A stretch of 56,591 nt of DNA, counting the filler, from Sphacelaria rigidula (lineage: Eukaryota): NCBI GenBank assembly GCA_964200075.2. It is 5 parts of 5 records of this genome, joined end to end, with 100 filler letters (N's around TTAATTAATTAA, not from the genome) between each part and the next. Parts side by side here need not be neighbours in the genome. Positions count along the whole stretch, not along the records: positions 1 to 11,240 come from CAXNAA020005185.1; positions 11,341 to 22,578 come from CAXNAA020005186.1; 3 more parts are not named here. One strand, written 5' to 3'. The position numbers and the translations under genes were made by a program. Below the pieces are notes generated by a model. That model was not told the origin of the DNA, did not search any database, and worked only from the letters and a program-made list of their open reading frames with translations. Of the stretch, positions 1-12,045 are shown piece by piece. Each line of letters begins with the position of its first letter. The stretch's first letter is position 1.

Positions 1-676
1 TCAGACGAATCATTATTTGTCCGACCCTTGCAACTTAATAACCCGACCTCCCATACCTCGAGAGTAAGCGTGCATCACTTGTTGATGATACGAGCTGGGC
101 CACGCAACAGTTTCAATTTCAGGTTGCCAGGTGGTGCGCCGCTTAACTTTGAGAGTTGGGTGCTGAATGTTTTACACGAGATTTGTGGTATGAATGCGGG
201 AACATGTTCGAAGCAGCAAAGAAAGAAAGAAAACACAGAATGCTGGAGCGATTTCAAATTCCGGCAAATAAAAGAGAATGCCAAAACTCCATGAAACAAA
301 AACTGTTGCAGCTTTGACTACGATCGTTTTACTTGCGTGAAGAAGATTCTCCTCAAATTTCGGCTCGAAAGTCTTCAAATTTGGCTGTGCGTGCAACGTT
401 TTGCCTTCCACCGCTGCGCCTTGGTGGTGTAGCTGGTCTAGCAGACTCCAGTTACGGAGATAACGTCTTCGATCCCGAAATAACTCTTATTGCAGATTTT
501 GGTTTCCGTCGTCGAGTTAATCTTTTAATACATATCATTCCTATTTCAGTGAAAAAATGTGATTTCTTCACTTTCATACGAGCTTGTGCCCCAAACATGC
601 ACGAGACAGCTCATTCCTGCCCCAGTGTGGGTTTTGCCTTTTATCCAAGGCCATCCTGGAGCCCTTTTCCACTTCC

Positions 677-930
677 GCGACTTTCTATGGTAGTTCCCCC
701 CCAAAGCAGCCCAAAACTGTCACGAAAAAACTGATCATACAGCGCCTGGTGTTTGGTTTCTGGCTGCTTGAAGCGCCTCATACGGGCGATATTGGCGAAA
801 ACGAGCCCAAGGGCGGGAATCCCCAGCTGCTCGTTGTGCTCAGCTTTTTCAAGCTCGATTTATTTGTTGATTTTGCTTCCCCAAACCAGCCACGTTTTTG
901 TTGGGGGCTGAGGCTATCGTAGGAAGAGTC
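677..930 (+). mobile_element. Non-autonomous TIR element (MITE family A), 4-bp TSD TTCC
   Basis: Imperfect TIRs gcgactttctatggtag / ctatcgtaggaagagtc. TTCC at 673-676 and 931-934. Body is homologous to 36652-36900 and, in reverse, to 12640-12899. Confidence 0.8.
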
Positions 931-1499
931 TTCCCTGAACGACTAGTTGCAAAAAATGCGTCGTCATCGAGAATTAGGTCGAGAAATGGCGTTACAGCCC
1001 AGTACCCGTCGGATAAATGTGTTTGTGTTCGTTGCATGTGACAATCGTCGCAGAGGCCCTGTCCCATGATGAAGATGCTGACGAGCTTGAAATTGTCTCG
1101 CAGCATTACCAGTGCGCTCTTTACTGTGCGTATCAAAGTTGTCACATGTATTTTCACCGCGCCTACTGAAGCATAGTTACCAAAACACGCCATCACGTCA
1201 CGAAATGAGACGCACCGGGTACTTACCGCAGTACGATAGTATCTGCGTCAAAACTAGGTCAATAGAGTGCGAAGCCGAGCACTACTAGGTTGATGAGCAG
1301 TTCACAGAAATATGTTCACATCAGACTGATCAGGGAAACGGTAAATGTTCTTGTATGCCCGGGGATTGAAATTTTGCGGCTGGCCCAGCTCGTACTTTAC
1401 CCTGCATATCCATGTTGTAGCGAGCAAGTCGCTGGTGGAGTCCAGCGAGCGGGCAAAGAGCGATCTAGATCTTGTTCTAGTATCTGAGTAGCCTCTAAA

Positions 1500-2020
1500 C
1501 ATCTGCTCCGAGCACATTGTACCCATCTATTGAGCAAGGTGCTCACCTAACACGTGGACGTTCATATTTCCATGACCAACCGAAAAGAGCCTGCTCTTCG
1601 GTTTCCGTTGTTTCGACAGGATAGCATACAATCGACGGGGAAGTAGAAACCAGCCTGATAAACTGTGTGCATTAAAATTTGGCTGGTGTTCAGCTGAGTT
1701 CGACCTCGTGTTCAGACTGAGAGCTGCCGGAACGCCTGTTTTCAAGGACCGGGCACTTGTCGATGGCCAAGTTGAAAAATAAAGACCAATGAACGTTTGT
1801 TTCCAGTTCTGGACGTATTGGGTAGTGTAATCACTCGGTTGTACGAGTAGTCACCAATGTTCATGATGATATAAGGTTCTTGGTCCTAGCGCTTCGTTGT
1901 GGTGATTCTATAAAACCATCAGCGCTGATTTTCACCTCGACTAACTAAGAGATCGAGATCACTTGAAATCGATGCCGCACCTGAAGATGGATCAGCTCTG
2001 AGTTCAAACGTTCGTGTTCA
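1500..2020 (-). pseudogene. Degenerate Ulp1/SENP-like (peptidase C48) domain, probably transposon-borne
   Basis: Minus-strand translation across frameshifts gives motifs in C48 order: RLNSELIH (~2010-1987), WFYRI (~1918-1904), YPI...NVHWSLFF (~1825-1775) and Q*MGTMC (~1533-1512). Confidence 0.4.
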
Positions 2021-3549
2021 TGCCTGCGGTAAAACAACGGCTGCGCTGCTTGCCTTTTTGTCCCTGATGCCAAGTGGGCGTGAAATGTGCTCCTGTTGCC
2101 GGTGTTTGGTTGGATTGTTTAATCATTATAAGCTGGTCGCTTGTTCGGTCATATTGGGTAAGACCACTGAACGAAACAGTTATACCGTTCTCGACCTACT
2201 CCCAATCACCGTCTGATCACGGCTTACAACACACATCTCCCGCATTTTACGGTTGGCGTCTCAGGTAGCCTCTCCTCCCAGTGCCCGTTCGGACCGAGTC
2301 ACTTCGCCGTCGAGTACAAGATTGGGTAAGCTCAGCCCTCGACCTTTGGAGCACAAACGGACATCCCGCGATCAATTCGGGACGGGATTTATGAGCGCAC
2401 CTCTGCAACAAAGGACCACCGGATCTCCATCATCTACCACAGCACATAATGCTAGCGCCAAGGATGATGCTTCTCAACCAAGTACAGCCTTGAGTTGTGC
2501 TAGTACCAAGGGTGCAGAGGGTGCGTCGTTCAACAACAGGGTGCAGAGTACCGCAAAAGTTTTCGAAATCGAACCGTAATATTGGATTTCTTCGGTGAAG
2601 TCCGCGCCTTTTTCTGCCCACCCTAGAGTCCTACTGTTCTCACTTCCCGCCCACGCGGTCGCGCCATTGGTAGAAGCACATTCGTCACGAAGACTAGTGT
2701 CTTTGTGGCACAATAGAGCACCACGTTTCGTGCGACCCTTTCATGGGAATGTAATACCGGCGCCAATCGTTGAACTGAAAATGAATACATCCCATTGATA
2801 GGATAGAGCTACCCGCTTTGACCCATCGTTGGCATAGCAGGACTGGTTGAGCATGGTCAGTGGGTATATGTGGAAGGGACGCCACGTGCTACTGAGGACG
2901 AAGGGTGAATTATTGAACGACAAAGGCTTTCGAGACGCACGATGTCCCTCACCCAGTAATCCTCTCTTATTGTTTGACAACTCGCAGTGCTCGGAGCAAT
3001 GCAAGATGGCAAAACTCAAGAGAAAGAACTTCTGGGTGGGTGGGCGCGTGATGGCAATCATCAGGTAGTAAGCTTGCCGAAGGGGATGACGGGGGAGCTC
3101 ATGAGGAAGGTTGCTTCCATCGACGTCACGCGCATGTCATGTCAGGAGGTGATTGTCAGTGGTGGCAAAGTCGGGATACTCATGGCTTCAGTAAAGCTTG
3201 CACAAAATTCGGGAACGTTGAAATGACTTGTACAACTCCATTTAGGCTTCACAATCCTTTGCTTACACCACTAAGCAGGCCCTAGCACCAGGAATGGGCA
3301 TAGTTTCCAGGAAAGCTGTCGCCGATGGTCAATCGCTCCTTGCTGGTCGCTATTTGCAGAGCGAGGGTAGGGTGTATTCATGATCTTGCATGCCATAGCC
3401 ATAGGACCATTGAACTCACATCCATGACAAAGCCGGGACGGAGCACGCCTGGATTTCGAAGGACTAGGCGCGAAATTATCAAGCGCAAAACGCCGTGATA
3501 TGCTCGGCGAGTCGCGTGAGCGGTGATCTGCATCCTGCTAAGATTGTTC

Positions 3550-4200
3550 GACCCCAAACATATTAAGCATGTCGCACATGGATGACAGCGGCGAGTGAGG
3601 CTTTATTCTCTGGTACCGCCACTTTCGGGATAGCCACGGGTTCCGCTGCCTCATGGGTTTCTCACCCTTTGAACACGACGTAGTACGACCATCCCCTATG
3701 CGCGGAGTTGAAGCTCTCCCACCCTGCGCAATATCATTGAACTCCAACGTCATAGAAGTTTCTGCACAAAAACAAGACCAAACAAAAAAAGAGGGTAACC
3801 TGGTTGCCTTGCTTACGCAGTGAGTGGCGTGTTTTACAGCGCCATTGCCAACCGGCACCAACCCTTAAAATGAGAGGGGTGGGAGGGGTTGTTCGCATTA
3901 GTGCTGTCGTGAACATGAACATACAGGCGTGATAGGAGCAATGGACTGTGGTATGACACTTGCCCTTGGCAAACGTCTCGGGGCATACACTTCCTGCAGA
4001 AGTGCTTGCGAAATTTGTACAAATGACAGGTATTAATGAAGAAGGTATTTACCCATCTGTACTACACTCGTGCTGGAGACACACGTACCATCATGGGCAA
4101 TCACACGACCAGTTCCATGGTAGTCCGCTTGACAGGGGATGAGGATATTGCGCACCTCTGATATAGCTTAAAAGTGAGGCCATCCTGATGTTTGGGAGGG
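3550..4200 (-). pseudogene. Degenerate KDZ (Kyakuja-Dileera-Zisupton)-like transposase core
   Basis: Minus-strand fragments SSGLPWNWSCDCP*WYVCLQHECTDG*IPSSLIPVICTNF, YHACM, KHATHCVSKA and QRNPWLSRK resemble, in order, the KDZ pattern G..C.CPH...ESP...RF / YD.AC / H..C / EQ.N. Contains many stops and frameshifts. Confidence 0.35.
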
Positions 4201-7109
4201 GAGTAAGGTCGGGAGTGTTCCAGGAAGAGATGGCAGGCGGTGTATCATGAATGTATGTATTACGGGATTCCTCTTCTCAATGTTGGAACGACTTCAAATG
4301 CACATGCTCACGGTTACCTGCAGATAACACAATGGTTCAGTGATGAAGATGGGGGCAAGAAGATGCAACACCAGGTTATCAACGTTAGCGGTAAGTGAAC
4401 ACGCGCAAAATCGTTAATAACACAAACAAGGGGATCAAATCGATGTTGCACCGTGAATACGGCACGAACCCGGGTGTCGGAGGCGCTACCTTCGTGCTCA
4501 CTCAGACACTAATATGACACACAAATGTATGGACCGGAGGTTTCGTGTGCGCCGGAGTAGTTCTGAAGGGACCGGCAAGTTACCGGGAACGCTTTGGTAA
4601 ATTCGGAAGCATCATCTAATAAAGAACACAACAACATGTTTGTTTGCGTCATTCTTCAATATGCATGCCCTGGCGGTTCGTGGGTTATTCGTAGGCACGA
4701 GTGTGTTCTGAAGGAAAACCAGGAGTGGATCAAGATAGGGTCACGAATAGAGGTAGAACGACGACACAACGTACGGTCGAAACCTTAATCCAGTCCGAGC
4801 GGTGGTAAATCCAAAGCTTCTGTTCTGCTTGCTATACTTCAGAAGCCACTGAATCGCGGCACTGCCACGGTGTTTGCCCAATACTGATTTTTAAGGGAAG
4901 ATACTGTCTGCTGCTACACGTCGGCACCGCAAAGTATGCGTTCGCTCGACGCCTGGCCACCAGCCGACTTGCCCGTAGAGTTCCCTACAGTTGTAAGAAT
5001 CTTGACGCTTCGCATACCCGGCCAGAATAATAGCACTCACGTCCCGATGGCGGCGAGCACTAACAGCTAGCAGCCCAACGTAGTCCTAACCTACTCTATG
5101 ATTGCGCCACATCAAGTGCTATTACCTCGACATCTATTCGCTATGAGTCTTACCGTTTCTCCTCCTCAATGCCCTGCTTTCGCCTCCACGGGTCACACTT
5201 GCACATTACGATTACCTTCGGCGTCCTAATGCTCGCCCTTTGCGCCTAAGGGCAAGAGGATTCTGCTCGCACAGCACTCGTACGAATTCCACAAATAGGA
5301 ATATTTTTCTCCAGCGGGGATTAGTCACCGCAGGAGCAACCGTGATGTTCGAATACATCTGGGATAGGTTAAACCCAAGAGTATCGAGCATCAGAGGGAC
5401 CCAGTTGCAAGATTTTCAAAACTGATGATTAGCGCGGATCTGAACATTTCAAACCGCAACTCCTGCAGGCCAAAGTGTCATTCTACCGGGTACGCTTCGA
5501 GCGCTGTCGCTCCCCTCCTCCCTTGTATTTTTATCCCGAATCTTCAAATACTACAAACCCCGCTTGCGTCACATCAGGAAAGGATTTTCTACGAGCCCTT
5601 CATGAAGCGCCAGAGGATATGGCAGCGTGGCTTGATCCCTCTGTCCAGAACATGGCACAAGAAAGCTTGAGGGAAGGGAGGTTCAAGGTTCTCCTGGAGG
5701 GGCTCGTCAATACCTTGGCGGAGAAGTCGGTGCGCCTAAATCAAACACACGTGTGCTTGGTATCACAAGGGCGCTCTTCCCAAATACCCGGAAAAACTTG
5801 AGCTTTTACTTTACAGTCCTACACGAGAGTGACAGGCACACCATTGTTTTTCGCTGACTGAATTCCAGATTCCTGACGTCGACTGGTGATGCAACAGGGC
5901 TGCGTGCGTAATAACTATACCCGAATCGTTTTCACGATATACCTCATCATAATATGCATCCCAATATGTGCAGCTCTACCGTTCTGGTACGGTAACCGCA
6001 ACGCGGCAAGCATAATAGGTCGACCCAATAAATGGTACCATCCGCATTCCCGGGTGCGCTGTAGTAGGCCAGATTGGTATCATGTGTTGAGAGAAGAAAA
6101 AAAAAACAGAGCGATTTGAAGGTCCGCAGCCATAAGATCGTATCTCGTCGTGGGTCAGATACCCAGTGAACGTATTGAGGCATGCAGGGATGTATTAGGC
6201 CCTACCAAAATATAAGCAAGTAGTCGATGCTCCTTAGCACCGTCAAACCCTAATTTCAAGTATAACCTATGGTATTTGTTAGGCGTTCGACGCGTGACAC
6301 AGTCGGAGAGATGCCGATTGCGCACCATGCCGCCACGTTGCAGGCCCGTACTTCACAGAAGTTTAATTACTAAGGCGTTTGGTCGGTTTGAAACAGCCAA
6401 GATAATACGCATTCAAATACAACACAAACCTGTGAGATTCACGCGCCCTCAACACTGCTGCAACAGGGACAGCTGGCTAAGATACAAGGCCTCAAGCTGG
6501 CTCGAAGGATAAACCACCACAAACAGGTAAACATTCGAGCCAGTAAATTTACACCGTGTGGCGACGACCGATCATATCAGAATGGCAAATTGATCTGGTG
6601 CATCTTGTCGATACCATTTTGCCGCCCACCCGGGATTCCTGTTCAGTCACCGGTATCCAAGTACTCGTTTTCTATGGTACACGTGAACGTTTTTCATAGC
6701 GTCTCAAGATTGCAGTATTCTATATGGCAAGGCGAATTGTGTGACGCCAACCCATAAACCATACTCACCACAGCTGGGTACCACTTCGTCCTTGAACATT
6801 ACGGAGACCTGGGATAGATTGCATCTTTATTGCTACTAGGAGGGAAGCCATTTCGGAATTTCATTTCCCAGACACTGGCGCCCAGGGTGTCTAATATGTA
6901 GATTTTGGGGGATTTTTGTCAGCCAGCTGGCCGAATCTGGTGGGAGGGAGAGTTACCCGCAGCAGCAGCTTGATATGCTACTGCTTCTTACGGAGTCGAC
7001 GTCATACCGGTATCGATCCCGGATCGTTAGCAAACCACAGGCATGGTTGCCCCGGGTTTCACCTACATTTACTTGTGAGTTGTGCCTGCTGTTGATTACT
7101 CCGATACCA

Positions 7110-7411
7110 GGTGTGGTTGGCGACCTGGAAACTGGTGCGGAGAGGGTGCGGTCAAGGTCATGCAGAGCTGCGCTGTCTTGTCAGAACGCTGCTAGGGAGA
7201 TTGCGGTGAGTACCAACCTGTAGGGTTTCACGTACTATAGTTTACTATGTCGTTCTGTTCGACCCCCCCCCCCCCACTTTTACTACTCCTTCTTTTTCTC
7301 AGGCGTGTTTCAGTTTCGTTTTTGTTGGGTACGTCTATCATGAGACCACGGCTGGACCCCTGGGGGATCAGTTAAAGTGCGACAATCAATCAACCAATCA
7401 TTCAATCAATC
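7110..7411 (+). mobile_element. 3' fragment of an RTE-type LINE with (CAAT)n tail
   Basis: Peptide LETGAER...VSTNL* matches the C-terminus of the LINE at 26334 (VEQGAER...VSTNTNLS). It is followed by a pyrimidine-rich UTR, the motif accacggctgga...gatcagttaa and a caatcaat tail. Confidence 0.7.
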
Positions 7412-8119
7412 GTTAGCTCTTCATTTTGACAAGCTGAAGTCGAACCAGGAACACCGGAAACACTGAGACATTAGAATTCGAACATCTTTGGAGAATCGTC
7501 GTCGGCTTCACATTTCAGTCGTCGAGGGCAGCAATTGAGAAATGTGAGGAACAGGAGAACAAACGTTGTATTCAGAGTGTGCCTCAGCCGAAGTTGCTTT
7601 CTGCTATTTGTTTCGCCTGTTGTTGCGTGCGCTATTTTCAGGGAAACCTGTAATCGCTAGTCCTCATCTGCGGCAATATTTGAGTTTTCTATGGCGGAGA
7701 TATACAGCGTATAGTTGTGAAGAAGCACGTGCCCTACTCACTGAAGTATCCCAGCGTTCATGGCCAAGACGTCCGTGAGGTTATCATTGGGTAGGAAACT
7801 CGTTGCCATCACAGAAAGCGCCACCTTTCGAAAACGAAAATACGCCTGTGATGTCTGCTTTCATGCTCCCTCTCAGGATTAGCAGGCCAACGGCATCTTT
7901 TGAAGACGTGATTCTGATCGCGGACTATCTTCGGTTTATGTTAATTCCATCACAGGTGAGTTCTACAGATTGGGGAAATCGATACTTGCACCAGTCACGA
8001 AATTATTGCTACACAATCTTATGAATGAAATAAAAGGCACCCCTGTCTGTAGCCCAGCTGGAATGCAGGCGCATTCTGCCGCTTAATGTATTCCTAATCT
8101 TCAATTGACCGTGTCTGTT

Positions 8120-8268
8120 CTATAATTTATTTCACATGTTTCTCCTTTCTCAAGTTTCCTTCAGGGAGTGTTTCCGCTTTTTCAGAGCTAGTGAACAAGG
8201 GAGGATACGAAGCGGATCACTTAACGTACGACAAGGAATAAATCAAATCAAATCAAATCAAATCAATC
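8120..8268 (+). repeat. Probable retroposon 3' end with (AAATC)n tail
   Basis: T-rich tract, partial terminal motif gcggatcacttaacgt, then about 5 copies of aaatc. Confidence 0.45.
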
Positions 8269-8439
8269 GGTCAAAGGGCGGCGGTACTGACCTCGAAATG
8301 CGGGCCATATGTGATCTTGTCGGGAAATGTCTAACGAAACTTCTTCGGGTATCAGTGCGGACGTGAGGTTATTGGGTTTCACCTCGTTCGCGAAGCGTTT
8401 GTACCACATTCTTTCCCGAGAATGTAGCGGCAATCCAGC

Positions 8440-9150
8440 TGAGGTTGGCCCTGTTTCGCTGCAAATAGTACCCTGGATATGACCGCATGTTCTCAATGGT
8501 TGGCAATCGGTATTCTCTTGTACAACAGACACTCTTAGCCGGGTTGTCGCGGTGTATTTCAATATGCTGGGCCAAGGGTGGTACCGTGTCAAGAGTCATG
8601 CCACGATAGGGTTTGCACAAAAGATGTCCCACGTTTGTATTGTTTGAAGCCCTTCATTTAATGAAAAACACAACTTCCGAAATATATGAAAGCACGCCAC
8701 GATTAGCATTCAAATGGGCAAGGGGTATCTTGAATGAACGCTGAAACGGGAATATCGTGACCCATGTTGTTGGGTAGCGTTCAAGATTAATCAGGATCCC
8801 CTCGATGAGAAGCCGATGGGACAAAATGTCTAACCCCCTACCGTGACATGACTCTGACCCGCTTACCGATCCTCAATATTTCTTGAGACGACAATGTTAT
8901 TGCAAAACGGAACATATTCTTCTGCACAACCTGAGTTCAACGTGTGGTGCGTGCCCCCTGATGTTTGACGGCGCAATACAACTCCGCTTCATAATGTATC
9001 AAACAGCAGATTGGACGATCACAACCACGAAATTTCTAACGTGCAAAATGTTCTGGTGGCGCTCGGCACAGCAACTGAAAGATGAACGCGGGTACACGAG
9101 GCACCATCCTGATCCCCAGTTCTTGATGAACATACGCTCAAATTGCGCAC
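8440..9150 (-). pseudogene. Degenerate ISL2EU/Harbinger-type (DDE_Tnp_4-like) transposase fragment
   Basis: Minus-strand fragments LKKILRIGKRVRVM(fs)RGLDILSHRLLIEGILIN and TRLRVSVVQENTDCQPLRTCGHIQGTI resemble the 'G..VMADRGF.I...L...G..LN' and 'R..VER.I..LK....QG.I' motifs. Heavily decayed. Confidence 0.35.
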
Positions 9151-9639
9151 ACTGAACCCTTCATCGCATACGAGCTGCAAACAGGCCGGTTTATCTGCGG
9201 TCGCGCACTTCACCTCCTTCGCTAGGCATGGCTTTTTCGCTCGGCACCTGAACAACTCCAGCGGTGACCGAAAAACACGCAGTTTCTGAATCCGTCTTGT
9301 CTATTAGGTATACGCTATAGGTTTTTCTCGCTGAATAAAGGGCAGCAGTATTCCGATACTTGCGTTTGTCTTGTGGTGCAGCATTTGACAAGCCGTGCCC
9401 CGGTGCGCGTACTTCGCGGTGACAGGCGTTTCAAATTGTGACGCCTCGGTGACTGAACCACTGACTTCAAACCCCATGAAATATACGAAATAACCGTGTG
9501 GCAAGAGTATTTCTCACCCCATTTCCTACGGTCTGACATTCTCAGCTTACTAGTAAGCGAAGTAGAACGGAAACCGATATACCGATATACCCCTGTTTCG
9601 TTTTGTCTTGTCGATTTTGTTTTTTGACTCGAAACTTTA

Positions 9640-10340
9640 GCGATGTTCCCTAGCTGTGCTGCTGTACATCTATGTTTTACCTTGCCTTTGCTCCTGGGTT
9701 CCTTCTTTAATTTTCCCGTCCTTTCCCCCCCTCGCTGTCACTCGCTCCTCTCTTTCTCTTCACATCTTTTTTTCTCAAGTCTTGCTCTTCTTGCTCTTTT
9801 TGTCTCTCTTCCCTGTATTCACTTGTTTTTACTTCGCTACTCTTTTCCTCCTTCCTTTCTCCCGTTTTTTCATATGACACATCAGTGTTTGTGTGCCCAA
9901 CGCCCAAAGTGCTCGCGGGTGCGAGCTTGTGTCCAAATGCTGTGACCTGTAGATCGCTAAGGCACGAACGGCTCCCACGACCTTAGTAGATCCTTTTCAT
10001 GACCTCTTTGCCTGAAGCATTGCGACAGTGGTCTTCCGTTTGTTTGGCTTTTTCTTCGGGACCGATGCGAGACCGTACCCTACGACTTCTTTTGTTTCGC
10101 TTCGTCTCGCTTTGTTCCGTTATGAATTTCCTTCTTTGAATATCATCTGTGATGTGTCCGCTGTACTTCCCTTCCTCTTCATAATTTCCTTCCCCGTGAT
10201 TCCTTCATTGAGTAATTCCGCATTGTTCACGTTGGGTATGTCTACCGTGTCGTCACGGCCGGAGTCTAGGTGAGCCAGCCAATATCCGGAAACGGCGTGC
10301 CTCTTCTATCTTTTGGGGGGGAGAGATAGATAGATTAGTC
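9640..10340 (+). repeat. CT-rich low-complexity tract ending in a retroposon-like terminal motif
   Basis: Pyrimidine-rich at 9650-9870 and 10030-10210. The motif gtcacggccggag...ccagccaata is at ~10251-10284, followed by a short (GATA)n at ~10325. Confidence 0.4.
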
Positions 10341-11240
10341 GTTAACCCACCGAAGATGAGATGCCTGTGTTGAATTGCCGACCGAACATAGTCGGATCTT
10401 GTTTTTATTCGTCCTATCTTGAGGCATTGCTTGTGCACTACAATGTACCCTACGAATATAAAAAGCCGCCACTCTTGCATTGCCAGTGGAGCTATTCACA
10501 TTGAGGTGTGCTCACCTCACACGAAGGTGTATTCTCGATGTGTACAGCCACACGGTAGCCGTTGTTCGCCGCCGATCACACTGTTTCTCATTTCCAGCAG
10601 TTGCTTGCCTAGTACTGTATATAGCATACGTCACGATCAATCTGAATATCATCGTGCGGAGACTGACACGGTCGAGACGTGCGTTGCCCAGGTGTACGTT
10701 GTAACGGGCGTGGCCGTTGCCAGGTCTGTATCGGGATGGTTGGAGCAGGCCCAAAGGACCGAAGGAAGCGCCGTGCACGATGGGTAAATCAATTGGCTAC
10801 GATAGTGCTCCTTGTATTTGGATTGGCTTTTGCTTAGACTGCGGTTCCGTTCCGATTTCACTGTCGACTCGGGGTACGGAGGCGGGGCTCGTGTAAGATA
10901 CCACCCCCTGTACGATGGATAATAGACGCCGCATCAACAATATAATTTAGTCCAATAACATCAATATTGTCGTCGGTCATGATTATCGATCGACAGGGTT
11001 CTCTATTTATTGTCGTCAGTATTTATCTATACATAGACCCCTTTCCCACACTATTGCCTGGGCAGCAGTTTGTTGTGGCCCCACACCGAAAACTAGTTAG
11101 ACACCCATGAGGCAGTGTATAAACCGTGGCTATCTCTGGAAGTGGCGATACCACATGATAAAGCAACAACTCATTGTTGGCTGTCATCCAAATGCAAGAT
11201 AACCAGTAGGCTTCGGGCCGAAGAATCTTAGCAGGATGCA

Positions 11241-11340
11241 NNNNNNNNNNNNNNNNNNNNNNNNNNNNNNNNNNNNNNNNNNNNTTAATTAATTAANNNN
11301 NNNNNNNNNNNNNNNNNNNNNNNNNNNNNNNNNNNNNNNN
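11241..11340. other. Artificial linker (N44-TTAATTAATTAA-N44)
   Basis: All-frame stop spacer inside N runs. Confidence 0.99.
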
Positions 11341-12045
11341 GTGCTTTTCTGTACCTCCATCACTTGCGTGTGCTTACAGCTACACGTCGATATCCTACCC
11401 AGGGATATCAACGGCCTCAGTGGCCAGCTATTGTTATCGGCTGTTTATTATTTTCTGTTCATTCATCGTCCGTTGGTGGTCATTTTTTTACACGCGGAAG
11501 TGAGCATAGTGTCCCTTGTTTGTCTACGAGGCAGAACCACGGTGACTTGTGAGATGGCGAGTGCGCATAGAGTAAGTAGTGATGCTTTAACTTATGAGGC
11601 AGGAGCTCGCACCCTGTGTGCGGGCGAATAAATACACGAGAGCGAGAGGTATCAGTAGGCATTGACAATAATATTGACACTTGTACCTTGCATGTCACCC
11701 CTCTTGAATCTTAAATTTGCCCAGAATCGGACGTTGCAGACCCGTGGGTCAACATGCGGGGCAATCGCAACCATGTGTGTTCGCGGGTTGTGAGGGGGGA
11801 TCAGAGCTCATTTGCCTTCGCTCGAGTGTCAACGCCGATATCGTCGAATGCCACTGCACGAGAGGCAGGGCAGGATTTCAACCCACCCGATGCGTCGTTA
11901 AGCATCTGCAAGTTAGGATACCGTCTCAGCACGGCATATTGCTTCATCGGAGTCGGTGTGTGTTATGTCTGGAGGTGTTGTCCTACCGAGCAGTATCATG
12001 TGAGGTTCTGGTAGCGCCGGAATGTGTAAGCGCAGACCGAGAGTG

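Noticed and set aside
9643..9945. Hydrophobic ORFs that look like membrane proteins (also 25858-26276)
   Set aside because: They are translations of CT-rich low-complexity or UTR sequence.
11285..11296. TTAATTAATTAA as a biological motif
   Set aside because: It is embedded in N runs at a regular period, so it is an artificial spacer.
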